A stretch of 64,000 bases of DNA, from NCBI GenBank assembly GCA_023129115.1, contig JAGMCR010000013.1, positions 26,726 through 90,725 of the forward strand, written 5' to 3'. Position 1 is the first letter of the stretch. The number at the start of each line of letters is the position of its first letter. The position numbers and the translations under genes were made by a program. Below, piece after piece: positions 18,347-28,167 of this stretch. Under the pieces are notes generated by a model, which was not told the origin of the DNA, searched no databases, and saw only the letters and a program-made list of their open reading frames with translations. This stretch comes from Candidatus Iainarchaeum sp. Its GTDB lineage: Archaea; B1Sed10-29; WALL01.

Positions 18347-20056
18347 ATGAACCGAACCATCATACTCGTCCTGCTCTTGCTTGCCGCCGCGTTCGCGGCA
18401 GAAATAGAGTTCGAGAAAGGCTCATGGCTGCTGGCCACGAACATTTTTGGGTCTGGGCCGGACGAAATCACGCCGGAGCTGAACTATAACGGCGACCTCA
18501 GGCTTACGCTGGACTCGACGGCCAAGAGCCGCGCGTTCTTCAAGATGATTACGGTGTTCAACACGCCCACCAACTTGTCCTACGACATCGAGTTCGAGGC
18601 GCGCGTGAACGCGCCCGGGATTGACCTGGACTACAGCAAGGACTTTGGCAGCGGCGAGCAGGAGGACAACGACGGGCCGAACCTGTTCGCCTTCGCGTAC
18701 GGCTTCGAGAACGCAACGCTCGAGGACCCGCCCATCAGCATCACGTCGCTTTCCTTTTACGACCGCAAGAAGTCACTGTGCCACTGGCACATGGAGTGCA
18801 ACTGGATGGGCGACCCCGACTCTGCCTACGGCTTCTACTGCTCGAGCGAGACGACGGCGTCGGGCTGGGTCTATGACGCCAAGACGTTCGGCACCGCAGT
18901 GAAGGTGAACGAGGTCGGCGCCGAGGCGTTCCAGGACAACGACTGGAAAATGATTCGCCTGAACATGGACGCGGGCGAGTGCGGGGGCAAGAACACGACG
19001 CTCATGATAATGGGGGTGGACCCGTTCGCGGACTACCCATACACGTGGGAGTTCAAGGACTTCCGCCTCGTGACCACCGAAACGATTGAGATGCCGCTCG
19101 ACTACATTTATGTCCTGGAGGACGGCGAGTACAGCCGGCTCCCCAAGCCCATCTACTGCGGCGACGGCGCCAAGGAAGGCACTGAAGAGTGCGACGGCGA
19201 CGACGGCGTCGAGCCCGGGTGGACGTGCACGTCGAGCTGCAAGCTCGAGAGCATCTGCGGCGACAACAAGATTGTCGGCGACGAGGTGTGCGACGGCTCG
19301 GCACGCACGCCGGGCTTTTCTTGCTCTTCGGACTGCAAGACGGAGACGCCAATTTGCGGCGACAACCTGATTGTGGCGGACGAGGTGTGCGACGGGACAG
19401 AGACCCTTCCCGGGTTCGCGTGCGCGGCGGACTGCAAGAGCATGTCCGCGGTGTGCGGGGACGGCGTCGTGGTCGGGGCCGAGGAGTGCGACGGCGTGAA
19501 CGGCACTGACGCGCAGCACGGGTGCACGCAGCAGTGCACGCTTTACCGGCTGCTGACCGAGGACGAGCAGGAGGCAGTCGACGCGTTCGTGTCGCTCATC
19601 GAGAGCACGGACCCCGGGCTGCCCGCGACCGCTAAGCTGAACATACCAAAGGGGCTTTACACTTCAAGGGACATCAAGGACCAGTTCATACTTGCGGGCA
19701 ACCCGCTGGACGCCAATGTCTCGTTCTGTGCCGTGGGCGTGACGGCGTGCGAGGCACGGTACATCTTTGTCGAGGACGCGATGGCGACTGCCACGCAATT
19801 CGAGCCCGTGGACGTGATGAAGGGCGTGGCCAAGGTGTACGAGACCGACGACAACGGCACCACGCACTACTACATTGGGTTCAAGGGCGGCGTGGGGTGG
19901 ATGCCGTACATCGAGATGGACACGACGATGTGGATAATCGTGGGCCTGCTCGTGTTCCTGGTGCTCGGCGCGGGCGTTGTCCTGCTGTTGATACTGGGCG
20001 GGTTCGCCTATATCTCGAAGCGGGGCGGCTTCCAGTTCCGAAGAATTTTTAAATAA
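18347..20056 (+). CDS. Secreted, C-terminally anchored protein with four Cys-rich (myxococcal-type) repeats
   Basis: Signal peptide; four CGD[GN]...E.CDG...C...C units; C-terminal TM with a basic tail. Confidence 0.85.
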   Translation: MNRTIILVLLLLAAAFAAEIEFEKGSWLLATNIFGSGPDEITPELNYNGDLRLTLDSTAKSRAFFKMITVFNTPTNLSYDIEFEARVNAPGIDLDYSKDFGSGEQEDNDGPNLFAFAYGFENATLEDPPISITSLSFYDRKKSLCHWHMECNWMGDPDSAYGFYCSSETTASGWVYDAKTFGTAVKVNEVGAEAFQDNDWKMIRLNMDAGECGGKNTTLMIMGVDPFADYPYTWEFKDFRLVTTETIEMPLDYIYVLEDGEYSRLPKPIYCGDGAKEGTEECDGDDGVEPGWTCTSSCKLESICGDNKIVGDEVCDGSARTPGFSCSSDCKTETPICGDNLIVADEVCDGTETLPGFACAADCKSMSAVCGDGVVVGAEECDGVNGTDAQHGCTQQCTLYRLLTEDEQEAVDAFVSLIESTDPGLPATAKLNIPKGLYTSRDIKDQFILAGNPLDANVSFCAVGVTACEARYIFVEDAMATATQFEPVDVMKGVAKVYETDDNGTTHYYIGFKGGVGWMPYIEMDTTMWIIVGLLVFLVLGAGVVLLLILGGFAYISKRGGFQFRRIFK

Positions 20057-20078
20057 AGCGTGCCATAAGTGAGGAGCG

Positions 20079-20243
20079 ATGAAGGTAAGCCAGGGACCAG
20101 CAGTGAGCGGGCCAATGAGCTCCGCCGGCCTAGTGCGCTATTTTGACACCTCGGGCGGCGGCCTCCAGATAACTCCCGAGCTCGTGCTCGGCCTCGCCAT
20201 GTTCTTCCTCATCACAGAGGCACTGATTTCGTACGTTTTTTAA
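20079..20243 (+). CDS. secG: Preprotein translocase subunit Sec61beta
   Basis: Manual translation includes PMSSAGLVRYFD...ITPELV followed by a TM; not in the ORF track. Confidence 0.88.
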   Translation: MKVSQGPAVSGPMSSAGLVRYFDTSGGGLQITPELVLGLAMFFLITEALISYVF

Positions 20244-20308
20244 ACTGGCTTTTTAGGCAAAAACCTTTTAAAGCTAGCCACCGTAATTTGTAACTATACA
20301 GTGAGTAC

Positions 20309-20882
20309 TATGAAGCGAGGTGTTCTGCTCACTCTTTTGCTGCTTGCAGCGGCTTCGGCCAGCCTGTTCGCTGTCGAGCACTCGCCGGGCCTCGTGGTGG
20401 GCGAGGACCAGGGCTACGTAATCACGCTCACCGACGCCAACAACGGCACCCCGGTTGAAGCGGCTTTGGTCGAGGCATACGGCGACGAGGGCGTCATCGC
20501 CCAAGGGGCCACCGGCGCCGACGGCAGCGTGCACTTCTTCCTGCACCCCGGGTCCCCGGGCTTCATCGCGTTCCGCGCGACTGCAGACGGCTACAACGAG
20601 TACGTCGTGGTGGAAGAAGTCACTGTGCCCGACGAGCCGGCGCCAGCCTACTCCACACCCACTCCAAAGCCGAACGTGGCCACCAACCCAATAACCGGCT
20701 TCATCACACTTAACCCCACCGAAAGCTCAATCTTTTACTTCGGGTTCGCCGCGGTAATCGCGTCCCTGTTCGGCGCGACCTACATCTTTTACCTGAACTA
20801 CATCATGGAAGAAGAAACAGAGGCCGCGTGGGACGTGACGCGCGTCATCGAGTCCGCGGCCGCGTGGCTGAAGGGCGACTAA
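20309..20882 (+). CDS. Secreted membrane-anchored protein with an Ig-like/CarboxypepD-like domain
   Basis: Signal peptide, TGADG.V.F, ATADGY, Pro/Thr linker, ITGF and TM. Confidence 0.7.
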
Positions 20883-21895
20883 GACGCCAGCTCGTACTCC
20901 CTTCCGGTCAGCTCGCCTTTTGCCTTAATCAATCCCAGCCGCGCCAAGTGGTTCATGTAGTTGCGGTAGCTCCTCTGGCTCGCCGGCTTCTTGTCGGCCT
21001 TCACGTATTTCTCCCACAATTCCTTGGTGCCGATTTTCTTGTGCTTTTCCATTAGCTGGTACAGCGCCTGCTCGTGCTCGTTCAGCTTCTTGAGCGCATC
21101 ACTCCTCCGCAGCATTCCCGTGGAGCCGAACGCTTTCTTGACGTCGTCGCCGGTGATTCTTTCCTGCTCCTTGTCCTCTGCCACGAGCGCCGCGCGCCGC
21201 AGCGTCTCAATCGCTATCCGCGCGTCGCCGTTCGAGAGGCGCGCAATCGTCTTCAAGTCGTTTTCCTTTGCCGCCCCGGGGACCAACCCGTACTTCGCGC
21301 GCACCTTGACTATCCCAAAGACTTCTTCGTCAGTGTACATCGGGAACTCGATTCCTTCGGCGTTGACCGAGCTCTTTATCCGGGGGTCCATGTCCACCAT
21401 TGCGTACGCGTCGTTCGACACCAGGACGAGCCCAACGCCGGAGCGGCTCAAGTCGTACAGCAATTCGCTCGTCTCCAGCGAGTCGACTTCGTCGAGGCAA
21501 ACGACGACCTGCTTCTTCGCCGCCTCTTTCTCCAGCAATTTCAGCAGGTCGGTCGCGGCCTGCCGGTAGTTGACATAGATGTCGAGCTGGCTAAGTATCT
21601 CGGTGAGCGCGGCGTGCGTTGTGTTCCTCTTCCAGCAGTTCACGTACGCCGTCCTCGCCCTCGAGGTGTGCCCCTCCAATTCCCGCAACAGCCACTGGAC
21701 CAGCAGCGTCTTGCCCGTTCCGCACGGGCCGTACAAGAACGCGTTCCTCGGCTTGCGGTTCACCGTCACGGGCCGCAGGCACTCGGCCAATTCCTGCTTC
21801 TGGCCGTCGCGGTGCGTCACGCTCTCGGGAATGAAGTACTCCAAGAGCGGCTGCTCGTCCCGAATCAATACAACTTTTTTGTCGAAAATGCTCAT
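20879..21895 (-). CDS. cdc6: Orc1/Cdc6 replication initiator family AAA+ ATPase
   Basis: Walker A GPCGTGKT, YVNC, Walker B LDEVD, GDARIAI and a C-terminal wH domain. Confidence 0.9.
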   Translation of the reverse strand: MSIFDKKVVLIRDEQPLLEYFIPESVTHRDGQKQELAECLRPVTVNRKPRNAFLYGPCGTGKTLLVQWLLRELEGHTSRARTAYVNCWKRNTTHAALTEILSQLDIYVNYRQAATDLLKLLEKEAAKKQVVVCLDEVDSLETSELLYDLSRSGVGLVLVSNDAYAMVDMDPRIKSSVNAEGIEFPMYTDEEVFGIVKVRAKYGLVPGAAKENDLKTIARLSNGDARIAIETLRRAALVAEDKEQERITGDDVKKAFGSTGMLRRSDALKKLNEHEQALYQLMEKHKKIGTKELWEKYVKADKKPASQRSYRNYMNHLARLGLIKAKGELTGREYELAS

Positions 21896-22368
21896 AGCTC
21901 CACCACGTAATGCCTTTTTTCGCCTTCGCGCACTTTTTCCCACTTGATGCCCTTGATTTTGCTTAGTATCGACTCCAGCCGGAGCGGGTTCACGTCGCCG
22001 TATTTCTTGCCGTGGAACATGCCGCTCATTTCACTGACTTCTTTCAGCACGACTTTTTTCATGCCGCTCTCCCTCGCGCCTTTGATGAAGTGCTCCAACA
22101 CTTTGTAGCCTATTCCTTCGCCCTCGGGGTCAACCAGCAAGTCGGTAATGATGGTTGCCTTCCCATCACGCAATTCAACTTTGTGGCCTACCATCACATG
22201 GCCGATGGGGCTCCCCCCCACCCGGATGTGGTAGAAGACAGAGTCAAAGCCAACGCCGCCGTAACTGTCTTTGTACGTATACGGCTTCCCTTCAAGGCTA
22301 CTGGACCTGCATAGCGCAAGCGTCTTCCCACCGTGCTTTCCAATAGCTTCTTCAGGTGCCTTAGGCAT
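21892..22368 (-). CDS. Orphan GNAT-fold protein
   Basis: Motif A-like LLVDPEGEGIGYKVLEHFIKGARESGMKKVVL. Confidence 0.55.
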   Translation of the reverse strand: MPKAPEEAIGKHGGKTLALCRSSSLEGKPYTYKDSYGGVGFDSVFYHIRVGGSPIGHVMVGHKVELRDGKATIITDLLVDPEGEGIGYKVLEHFIKGARESGMKKVVLKEVSEMSGMFHGKKYGDVNPLRLESILSKIKGIKWEKVREGEKRHYVVEL

Positions 22369-22403
22369 GTCGGAACTTATTCATTGCCGAGAATAAAAGC
22401 CTT

Positions 22404-22655
22404 TCACTTCTTTCGTTTCGCCAGGCGCTCAAAACCCAGTGAAATTGTTTTGTCAATGCTGCTCAGCTTTTCGTTCATGTTCCAAAGGAAGCTGAGAACG
22501 AGAATAAGTAGGGATAATTGAAGCCCCAGCCCTATTTCAATAGGTGTCAGGGAATGGCCTTGGGGGGAGTTAATAATCTGCCATATGAGCCACAAGAATA
22601 TGATGATGGCGATTATCCGAAGGACTTCGTCCATGCGTATTTTGGTTTTTCCCAT
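22404..22655 (-). CDS. Small two-TM hypothetical protein
   Basis: Two hydrophobic segments and a basic tail. Confidence 0.55.
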   Translation of the reverse strand: MGKTKIRMDEVLRIIAIIIFLWLIWQIINSPQGHSLTPIEIGLGLQLSLLILVLSFLWNMNEKLSSIDKTISLGFERLAKRKK

Positions 22656-22741
22656 TATCCCACCGTCAACAAGTACAGGAACAGCAGAACGGCGATTACA
22701 GCAATAACAACCACGACGGTGTTGAGAAGCTCTTTTTTCAT
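22655..22741 (-). CDS. Putative 28-aa single-TM peptide
   Basis: MKKELLNTVVVVIAVIAVLLFLYLLTVG*; TAATG coupling to the next gene. Confidence 0.5.
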   Translation of the reverse strand: MKKELLNTVVVVIAVIAVLLFLYLLTVG

Positions 22742-22908
22742 GAAATCATCTTCCGCGCCCGTGGCTTATAAATCTTTTGTTCGGCCATTGGCTTGTCTTA
22801 ATTGCTGCTGTGGTTTAATAAACGGGGAGTATACAACTTGCCGAGATAAGTTACCTTTTTATACCTTTTCGCCAGAATCATGGGCACAACCACACCAGGT
22901 GTTAGAAA

Positions 22909-23292
22909 ATGGTTGATTACACAACAATAAAGTCGACTGAAATCAAGTACGGAAACAACAACTTCCTGGAAGTTGCACGAAAGGAGATCGAGGGCAACGA
23001 GTTCATCTCGCTGTCCAAGGGCTATTTCCTCCCGAACGGGAACAAGCGCTACAAGAGTGGCATCGGGTTCCCGGACGAGAACGCACTGCCCCAGCAGCTC
23101 GCAGACGCCATCCTGCAGATGGCTTCCACCACGAAGACCATCAAGGAAACCGCAAAAGAGCTCGCTGCAGAAACAACGGAAGTAGCTGAAGCGGCGCCCG
23201 CCGAAGAAAAGAAGGAAGAGGCGCCCGCCGAGGAAGCCCCCGAAGAGGAGGCTCCTGCCGAAGAGGCCCCGGCCGAAGAGGCTTCGGAATAA
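22909..23292 (+). CDS. PC4/Whirly-like small nucleic-acid-binding protein with an acidic EEAPA-repeat tail
   Basis: NNFLEVARK...FISLSKGY..GNKRYK..I.FP core followed by EEAPA repeats. Confidence 0.6.
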   Translation: MVDYTTIKSTEIKYGNNNFLEVARKEIEGNEFISLSKGYFLPNGNKRYKSGIGFPDENALPQQLADAILQMASTTKTIKETAKELAAETTEVAEAAPAEEKKEEAPAEEAPEEEAPAEEAPAEEASE

Positions 23293-23360
23293 GATACCGG
23301 TACCGGTCGAGGTGCCAGGGGACTCCGGCTTTGGTCGGAGCCAATCTGCGCCTCGGCTCC

Positions 23361-24722
23361 CTATTTTTTTGCCAGGAATGGGTTCTTCCTCACCAGCGTC
23401 TTGTACACATTCCACCAGCCGTCAGCGTCACTCAGGTGCCTCCCGGCCTCGGCTTCCTTTCCCTTCTTCTCGTGCTTCAGCTTTGCCTTGGCCTTGCCCG
23501 TCGGCACCTCGAACTTCGTGGGGTGCCCCCACGTCGTCTGGCCGTGGTACTCCCTCTTCCCCTTCAGCGAATGCCTTGCCTTCTCATAGCTAAGCTTTGC
23601 CCACGCGTGATGCATGTGTGTAAACCACGCCTTCAGCATTTCCTCTCCCGCCTTCTCGACCTTCCGCGCCTCGTAATCATCCCTGGACTCGCCCTCCTCC
23701 CGCGGCACGATTTTGTAGACCTTTTTCATGTGCTCGAGCGCGTCCTTCCGCGCTGCGTCAAACGGCAGCTCGTAGTCCTCAAGCCTCACGGCCTCGCCCT
23801 GCTGCTTCCGCTCCGCCAGGTCAAACATGGCGTATACCAGGTGATTCACCCCGGGCACGACGCTGTGCAGCGGCCACCCGACTTCTAACCACGCAGTGCT
23901 TCCTGCAGTCGCGGCGTGGACGCCGGGCTCGGACTTCCTCAGCTCGTAAAGCTCCCTCAGCACATCGGAAAAGTTTTTTTGGGTCTTTTTTATCTCTCTC
24001 TCGTGCTCCGGTGTCCCAATCTTCCCGAGCAGCTTTATGTCGCGGTCCAGCCGCGCCAGGTCGCTCTCAATCGAGTGCTCGGTGAACGCCTCGCACACCC
24101 GCCGCGTCTTGCCGTAGTCAAGCTCGCCCCGATGCTTCAGCGCAAGCGCCCTCATGAAGTCGCCCCGCCGCGACGCGACGACCTGCTCCGGAACAGTCTC
24201 CTTGTTCCCGACCGGCAAAAACGCGTACGACAAGGCAATCAAGTCACCCTTCAGCGTCTCGTACCCCACCCTCTTTGCCTTAGGCTTGCCCTTGTTCCAC
24301 TCCACCGCAAAGTCATTCAGGGCGTCCTTCCGAATCTTCTGGCGATTCTCGTACAGGTAGCCCACCATTTTCTGCATCCGCTTCACGCGGCTGCCAATGA
24401 ACGTCTGCCGCAGCTGCATGTTGAAGTGGTGAGCGATTGCGCCCGCGAGCACGTTCTTCTTGAAGCTCTTCCGCTTCCGAATTGTGTCCACGATTGCCTC
24501 GGCCTCGTGGCTTCGCCGTCCCTTCAGCAGGGGGTGCCGCGGCGCCAGCACGCGCGAGAAGTCAAGGAACTGGCCCCAGTATTCTCCGTCCCTGGCACCG
24601 TCGCGCTGCTCCCGCTTATGTATCCACTCGCGGATGCTGCCGTCCCTGATTTGCCCTGGCTTCCTGGCGATTTCGCCGAAAAAGTCGAACTTCCGCCTGA
24701 ATTCCAGCTCCATCTTGGGCAT
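23361..24722 (-). CDS. Basic helical orphan protein
   Basis: Long ORF divergent from the HerA-like gene; no recognised motif. Confidence 0.7.
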   Translation of the reverse strand: MPKMELEFRRKFDFFGEIARKPGQIRDGSIREWIHKREQRDGARDGEYWGQFLDFSRVLAPRHPLLKGRRSHEAEAIVDTIRKRKSFKKNVLAGAIAHHFNMQLRQTFIGSRVKRMQKMVGYLYENRQKIRKDALNDFAVEWNKGKPKAKRVGYETLKGDLIALSYAFLPVGNKETVPEQVVASRRGDFMRALALKHRGELDYGKTRRVCEAFTEHSIESDLARLDRDIKLLGKIGTPEHEREIKKTQKNFSDVLRELYELRKSEPGVHAATAGSTAWLEVGWPLHSVVPGVNHLVYAMFDLAERKQQGEAVRLEDYELPFDAARKDALEHMKKVYKIVPREEGESRDDYEARKVEKAGEEMLKAWFTHMHHAWAKLSYEKARHSLKGKREYHGQTTWGHPTKFEVPTGKAKAKLKHEKKGKEAEAGRHLSDADGWWNVYKTLVRKNPFLAKK

Positions 24723-24758
24723 CACCTATTTATACGCTTATTCCGTATATAATCCTGC

Positions 24759-27122
24759 ATGGAATTCAAGCCAAGGGTCAACTCCCCCCTGGACGCGCTG
24801 GAAGACGCCGCAGGCCGCAGCATTTTCGTGGGCCGCAGCCAGGCCCTCCACCGCAAGTACGGCCGCGAGGGCGCCCTGCTGCTGGGCAAAGTCGCGGAAC
24901 AGGAAAAATACGGCGAGTTCGTCTACCTCGACGCATTGATGCCCCACACCATTTTCGTGTGCGGTTCAAAAGGCTCTGGCAAAAGCTATTCGATATCAAT
25001 CATCGCCGAGGAATTGATTTACAAGAACCCAAATGTCGCAGTCGTAATCATCGACCCCATCGGCATCTTTTGGTCCATGAAGTACCCAAACCAGGAAGAG
25101 TCCGAGCTCGACGAATTGATTCGCATGGGCCTCGCGCCGCGCGGCGTCGCCGAGACGCGAGTCTTCGTCCCGTACGGTGTCCGCAACACTTTGCCGCGCG
25201 ACACCTACGACAAGACGTACGCACTGCGCCCCGCCGACTTGAACGTGGACGACTGGTGCATCACTTTCGACATCGACCGGTTCTCCCCAACCGGCCTGCT
25301 CCTCGAAAAAACGCTCGAAAAAGTGTTCAACGGCTACAAGACCACGGACAAAAAGCACGTGAACCCCAACCCGGACTACGGCCTCGAAGAAATAATCAAC
25401 TGCCTCAACAACGACGCAGAGCTTTCCTCGAAGACCAAGGGCTTCAAGACGGACTCGCGCCGCGCGCTGACGTCCCGCTTCGAGTCGGCAAAGTCGTGGG
25501 GCATTTTTTCCGCGAGCGGCACTCCGCTCGTCGAATTGTGCCAGGAGGGCAAGGTCTCTGTAATCGACGTCTCGTTCCTTGACGAAAAAGTCAACGCGCT
25601 CGTCATCGGGCTGCTCGCGCGAAAGATTCTTAACGCGCGCAAGCTCGCGACGCGCAAGACCGCGATGAAGCGGCTCGCCGTGTCCATGGAGGAAGTCCTG
25701 GAGACCGGCATCCCGCCGACGTGGCTGTTCATCGACGAGGCCCACACCCTGATTCCCTCGGGCTCGCAGAAGACCGCCGCCTCGGACGCGCTCATTGAGT
25801 ACGTGAAGCAGGGCCGCCGCCCGGGATGCTCGCTCGTGATGGCGACGCAGCAGCCCGCCGCGCTCGACACCAAAGTCCTCTCGCAGCTCGACCTGCTGGT
25901 CTGCCACAAGCTCACGTTCGACGACGACATCAAGGCCGTGTTCAAGCGAATGCCCGCGGGCATCCCCAAGGAGTATTCCGCCCGATTCATCAAGACGCTC
26001 CCAATCGGGTATTGCTTGATTGGCGACAGGAGCGACCACACGAACAGGGTGTTCGCCGCCAAAATGCGGCCGCGGTTCTCGCAGCACGAGGGCCGCGAGA
26101 CGCGGAGCGTCGACTTCGAGGAGACCCTGTCCGCGGAACAGGTGGAAGAGCTTGTCGTAAAGATGGTCAAGAAGCAATTGGTCGACTTCGGCCGCGTGAA
26201 CCTTTCCAAAATAGACCAATTGGCCCGCACCATCAACAAGCGCTACGGCACCAAAGTCTCTGCCAAGTCAGTGGTCAAGGCAATCGAGGGCGCGGCGGTG
26301 GACAACGAGCAGCTCGTGCTGAAGGAAATCCTTGAGCAGGAGCAGGCCGCGGCCGAGGACTTGCCTGAAGAGCCGGCGCCCGAGGCGCCGAGCGGCGAGA
26401 ACCTGCTGGCGTTCACTTCCCAAATCAGCGCGGAGCGGGCGAAGGGCCTGGCATTGAAGCAGCGCAAGGCGAAATTATTCGGCTTGTTCGGGGACGAGGA
26501 GTCCTTGAAGGACCTGCGCATCGAGTACTGGCCGGTGTACAAGGTGGAGTACGACTATTACCAGGGCAAGGGCTTCAAGCGCTTGGTGTGCTACGTGGAC
26601 GGCATGAACGGCGAATTGTTGAGCGTCGGCAGGGCGGGGATGGCCTCGACGCGCGGCGTGGGCCGCTTGACCACAATGAACAAGAGCAAGCGCAAGATAA
26701 TCGCGGCCCTGCGCAAGGGCAAGCAGGCGAGCGCGAAGGGAATCGCGGGCGTCGCCGAAATCACCGAGACGACCGCGCGGGCGAACGCGGAGGAATTGGC
26801 CGAGGACGGCCTGCTCTCTTATCGCGACGACGGCCGCGCCCGGACTTACGTGCTGAAGGAGCAGTTCGACCTGCCGCAGAAAATCAATGTGCCGGAGTAC
26901 ACTACTCTTGAGTCGCAATTAACGATGGGCGAGGCGAGCGGGTTTGTCCCCACGCCCCGCATCACACAGGAGTCTGTTTCCGACATCCCCGCGATTTTCG
27001 GCGAAGTAAAAATCAAGTCTGTTTCTTTCGTGTACCGCCCGGTCTACCACGCCTCGTTTGCCTCCACGAAGGGCCCCCGCGACGTCTACATAGACGGCAT
27101 TGACGGGGCGGTGGCAAGATGA
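24759..27122 (+). CDS. HerA/FtsK-superfamily ATPase (DUF87-like) with a C-terminal HTH-containing extension
   Basis: Walker A GSKGSGKS, IIDPIG, Walker B LFIDEAH, GRRPG and ATQQP. Confidence 0.9.
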   Translation: MEFKPRVNSPLDALEDAAGRSIFVGRSQALHRKYGREGALLLGKVAEQEKYGEFVYLDALMPHTIFVCGSKGSGKSYSISIIAEELIYKNPNVAVVIIDPIGIFWSMKYPNQEESELDELIRMGLAPRGVAETRVFVPYGVRNTLPRDTYDKTYALRPADLNVDDWCITFDIDRFSPTGLLLEKTLEKVFNGYKTTDKKHVNPNPDYGLEEIINCLNNDAELSSKTKGFKTDSRRALTSRFESAKSWGIFSASGTPLVELCQEGKVSVIDVSFLDEKVNALVIGLLARKILNARKLATRKTAMKRLAVSMEEVLETGIPPTWLFIDEAHTLIPSGSQKTAASDALIEYVKQGRRPGCSLVMATQQPAALDTKVLSQLDLLVCHKLTFDDDIKAVFKRMPAGIPKEYSARFIKTLPIGYCLIGDRSDHTNRVFAAKMRPRFSQHEGRETRSVDFEETLSAEQVEELVVKMVKKQLVDFGRVNLSKIDQLARTINKRYGTKVSAKSVVKAIEGAAVDNEQLVLKEILEQEQAAAEDLPEEPAPEAPSGENLLAFTSQISAERAKGLALKQRKAKLFGLFGDEESLKDLRIEYWPVYKVEYDYYQGKGFKRLVCYVDGMNGELLSVGRAGMASTRGVGRLTTMNKSKRKIIAALRKGKQASAKGIAGVAEITETTARANAEELAEDGLLSYRDDGRARTYVLKEQFDLPQKINVPEYTTLESQLTMGEASGFVPTPRITQESVSDIPAIFGEVKIKSVSFVYRPVYHASFASTKGPRDVYIDGIDGAVAR

Positions 27123-28162
27123 TGCGGGAGCTGGCGAGGCAGCATTACATTGAGACCATGAGGCGGCTCCCGAAGTATGAGGGCGTCGGCGAGAGCTTCC
27201 ACGACAGGGAGGCGGAGCGCTACGCAGACTTTTACACGCTCGGCCCCCGGCAGGGCGCGACCCTGGCGAACCTGCGGGAGCACGGCAGCGAAGAGCACCC
27301 CGAGGGCCTGAACGAGAAGAGGGTCACCGAGTGGCTCGCCTCAAAGTTCGTGGATGAGCAGGCCATGGCGCTGAGGCTTGTGCCGGGCCTTGCCCCGGAC
27401 CCCGAGTTCAAGAAGATGGCCGACGTCATGGCGCACTGCCGCGAAATCATCAGGAACAAGTTCGGCGAGGGCACCAAGGAGTTCAAGAGCTTCCGGCTCA
27501 AGCACCTCCGCAACACGCTGGTTGACTATACCAACATGTACTTGTACGGCCCGAGGGGCAAGGTCGACCGGGGCTGGCTCAAGAGCAGGATTGAAAGGTT
27601 CGACTACTTGTGGGCAGTGCCCGGCTGGGACCCGCACCCCGAGTTCGCGGGCGTGGGCGAGCCAATCAGGCGGCTTCGGGAGAGGCAGGAACAGGCCGGC
27701 GCAACGCTCGATGAGCCACTGGCGCCAAGGGCTTCGTCGCTGCTCCGCGCCGTCAAGCCCGGGGAAACAACTCCTACTCCAACACCAGAACTGGGGGTGT
27801 CGCCAGAACAGTCTCCGACGCCAACCGGGGGGACGCCAAAACCGGGGACGCCTGCTCCAACGCAAGAACCGGGGGTGTCGCCAGAATCGGCGACACCCCC
27901 AATTGCTGAGGCTGGGGAACCCGAGAAGCCAATTCCCGTGCTGAAGCAGGAAGAGGAAGAAGACGTGCTTTCCCTGCTGAAAAAGGAGACCCAAAATGAC
28001 CTGCTCATCCACGCCCGCACCCTGGCCATGCTCAAGCCAGGAAAAAAGGTGACCATGGGAGACGTGGACCTATTGTCGTCTAAGATTATGGACCGCGGCA
28101 TTGGCTACGAGGACGCGAAGAAGATAGCCAGGAAAATCATGGAGCAGGCAAGGCAGGGGTAG
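27119..28162 (+). CDS. Orphan modular protein 1 (Pro/Thr linker, shared C-terminal helical domain)
   Basis: ATGA overlap with the ATPase; C-terminus resembles those of 29161 and 31194. Confidence 0.75.
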   Translation: MMRELARQHYIETMRRLPKYEGVGESFHDREAERYADFYTLGPRQGATLANLREHGSEEHPEGLNEKRVTEWLASKFVDEQAMALRLVPGLAPDPEFKKMADVMAHCREIIRNKFGEGTKEFKSFRLKHLRNTLVDYTNMYLYGPRGKVDRGWLKSRIERFDYLWAVPGWDPHPEFAGVGEPIRRLRERQEQAGATLDEPLAPRASSLLRAVKPGETTPTPTPELGVSPEQSPTPTGGTPKPGTPAPTQEPGVSPESATPPIAEAGEPEKPIPVLKQEEEEDVLSLLKKETQNDLLIHARTLAMLKPGKKVTMGDVDLLSSKIMDRGIGYEDAKKIARKIMEQARQG

Positions 28163-28167
28163 TTGCC

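Noticed and set aside
21896-22908. Replication origin next to cdc6
   Set aside because: No repeated ORB or mini-ORB motifs were visible and the flanks are coding.
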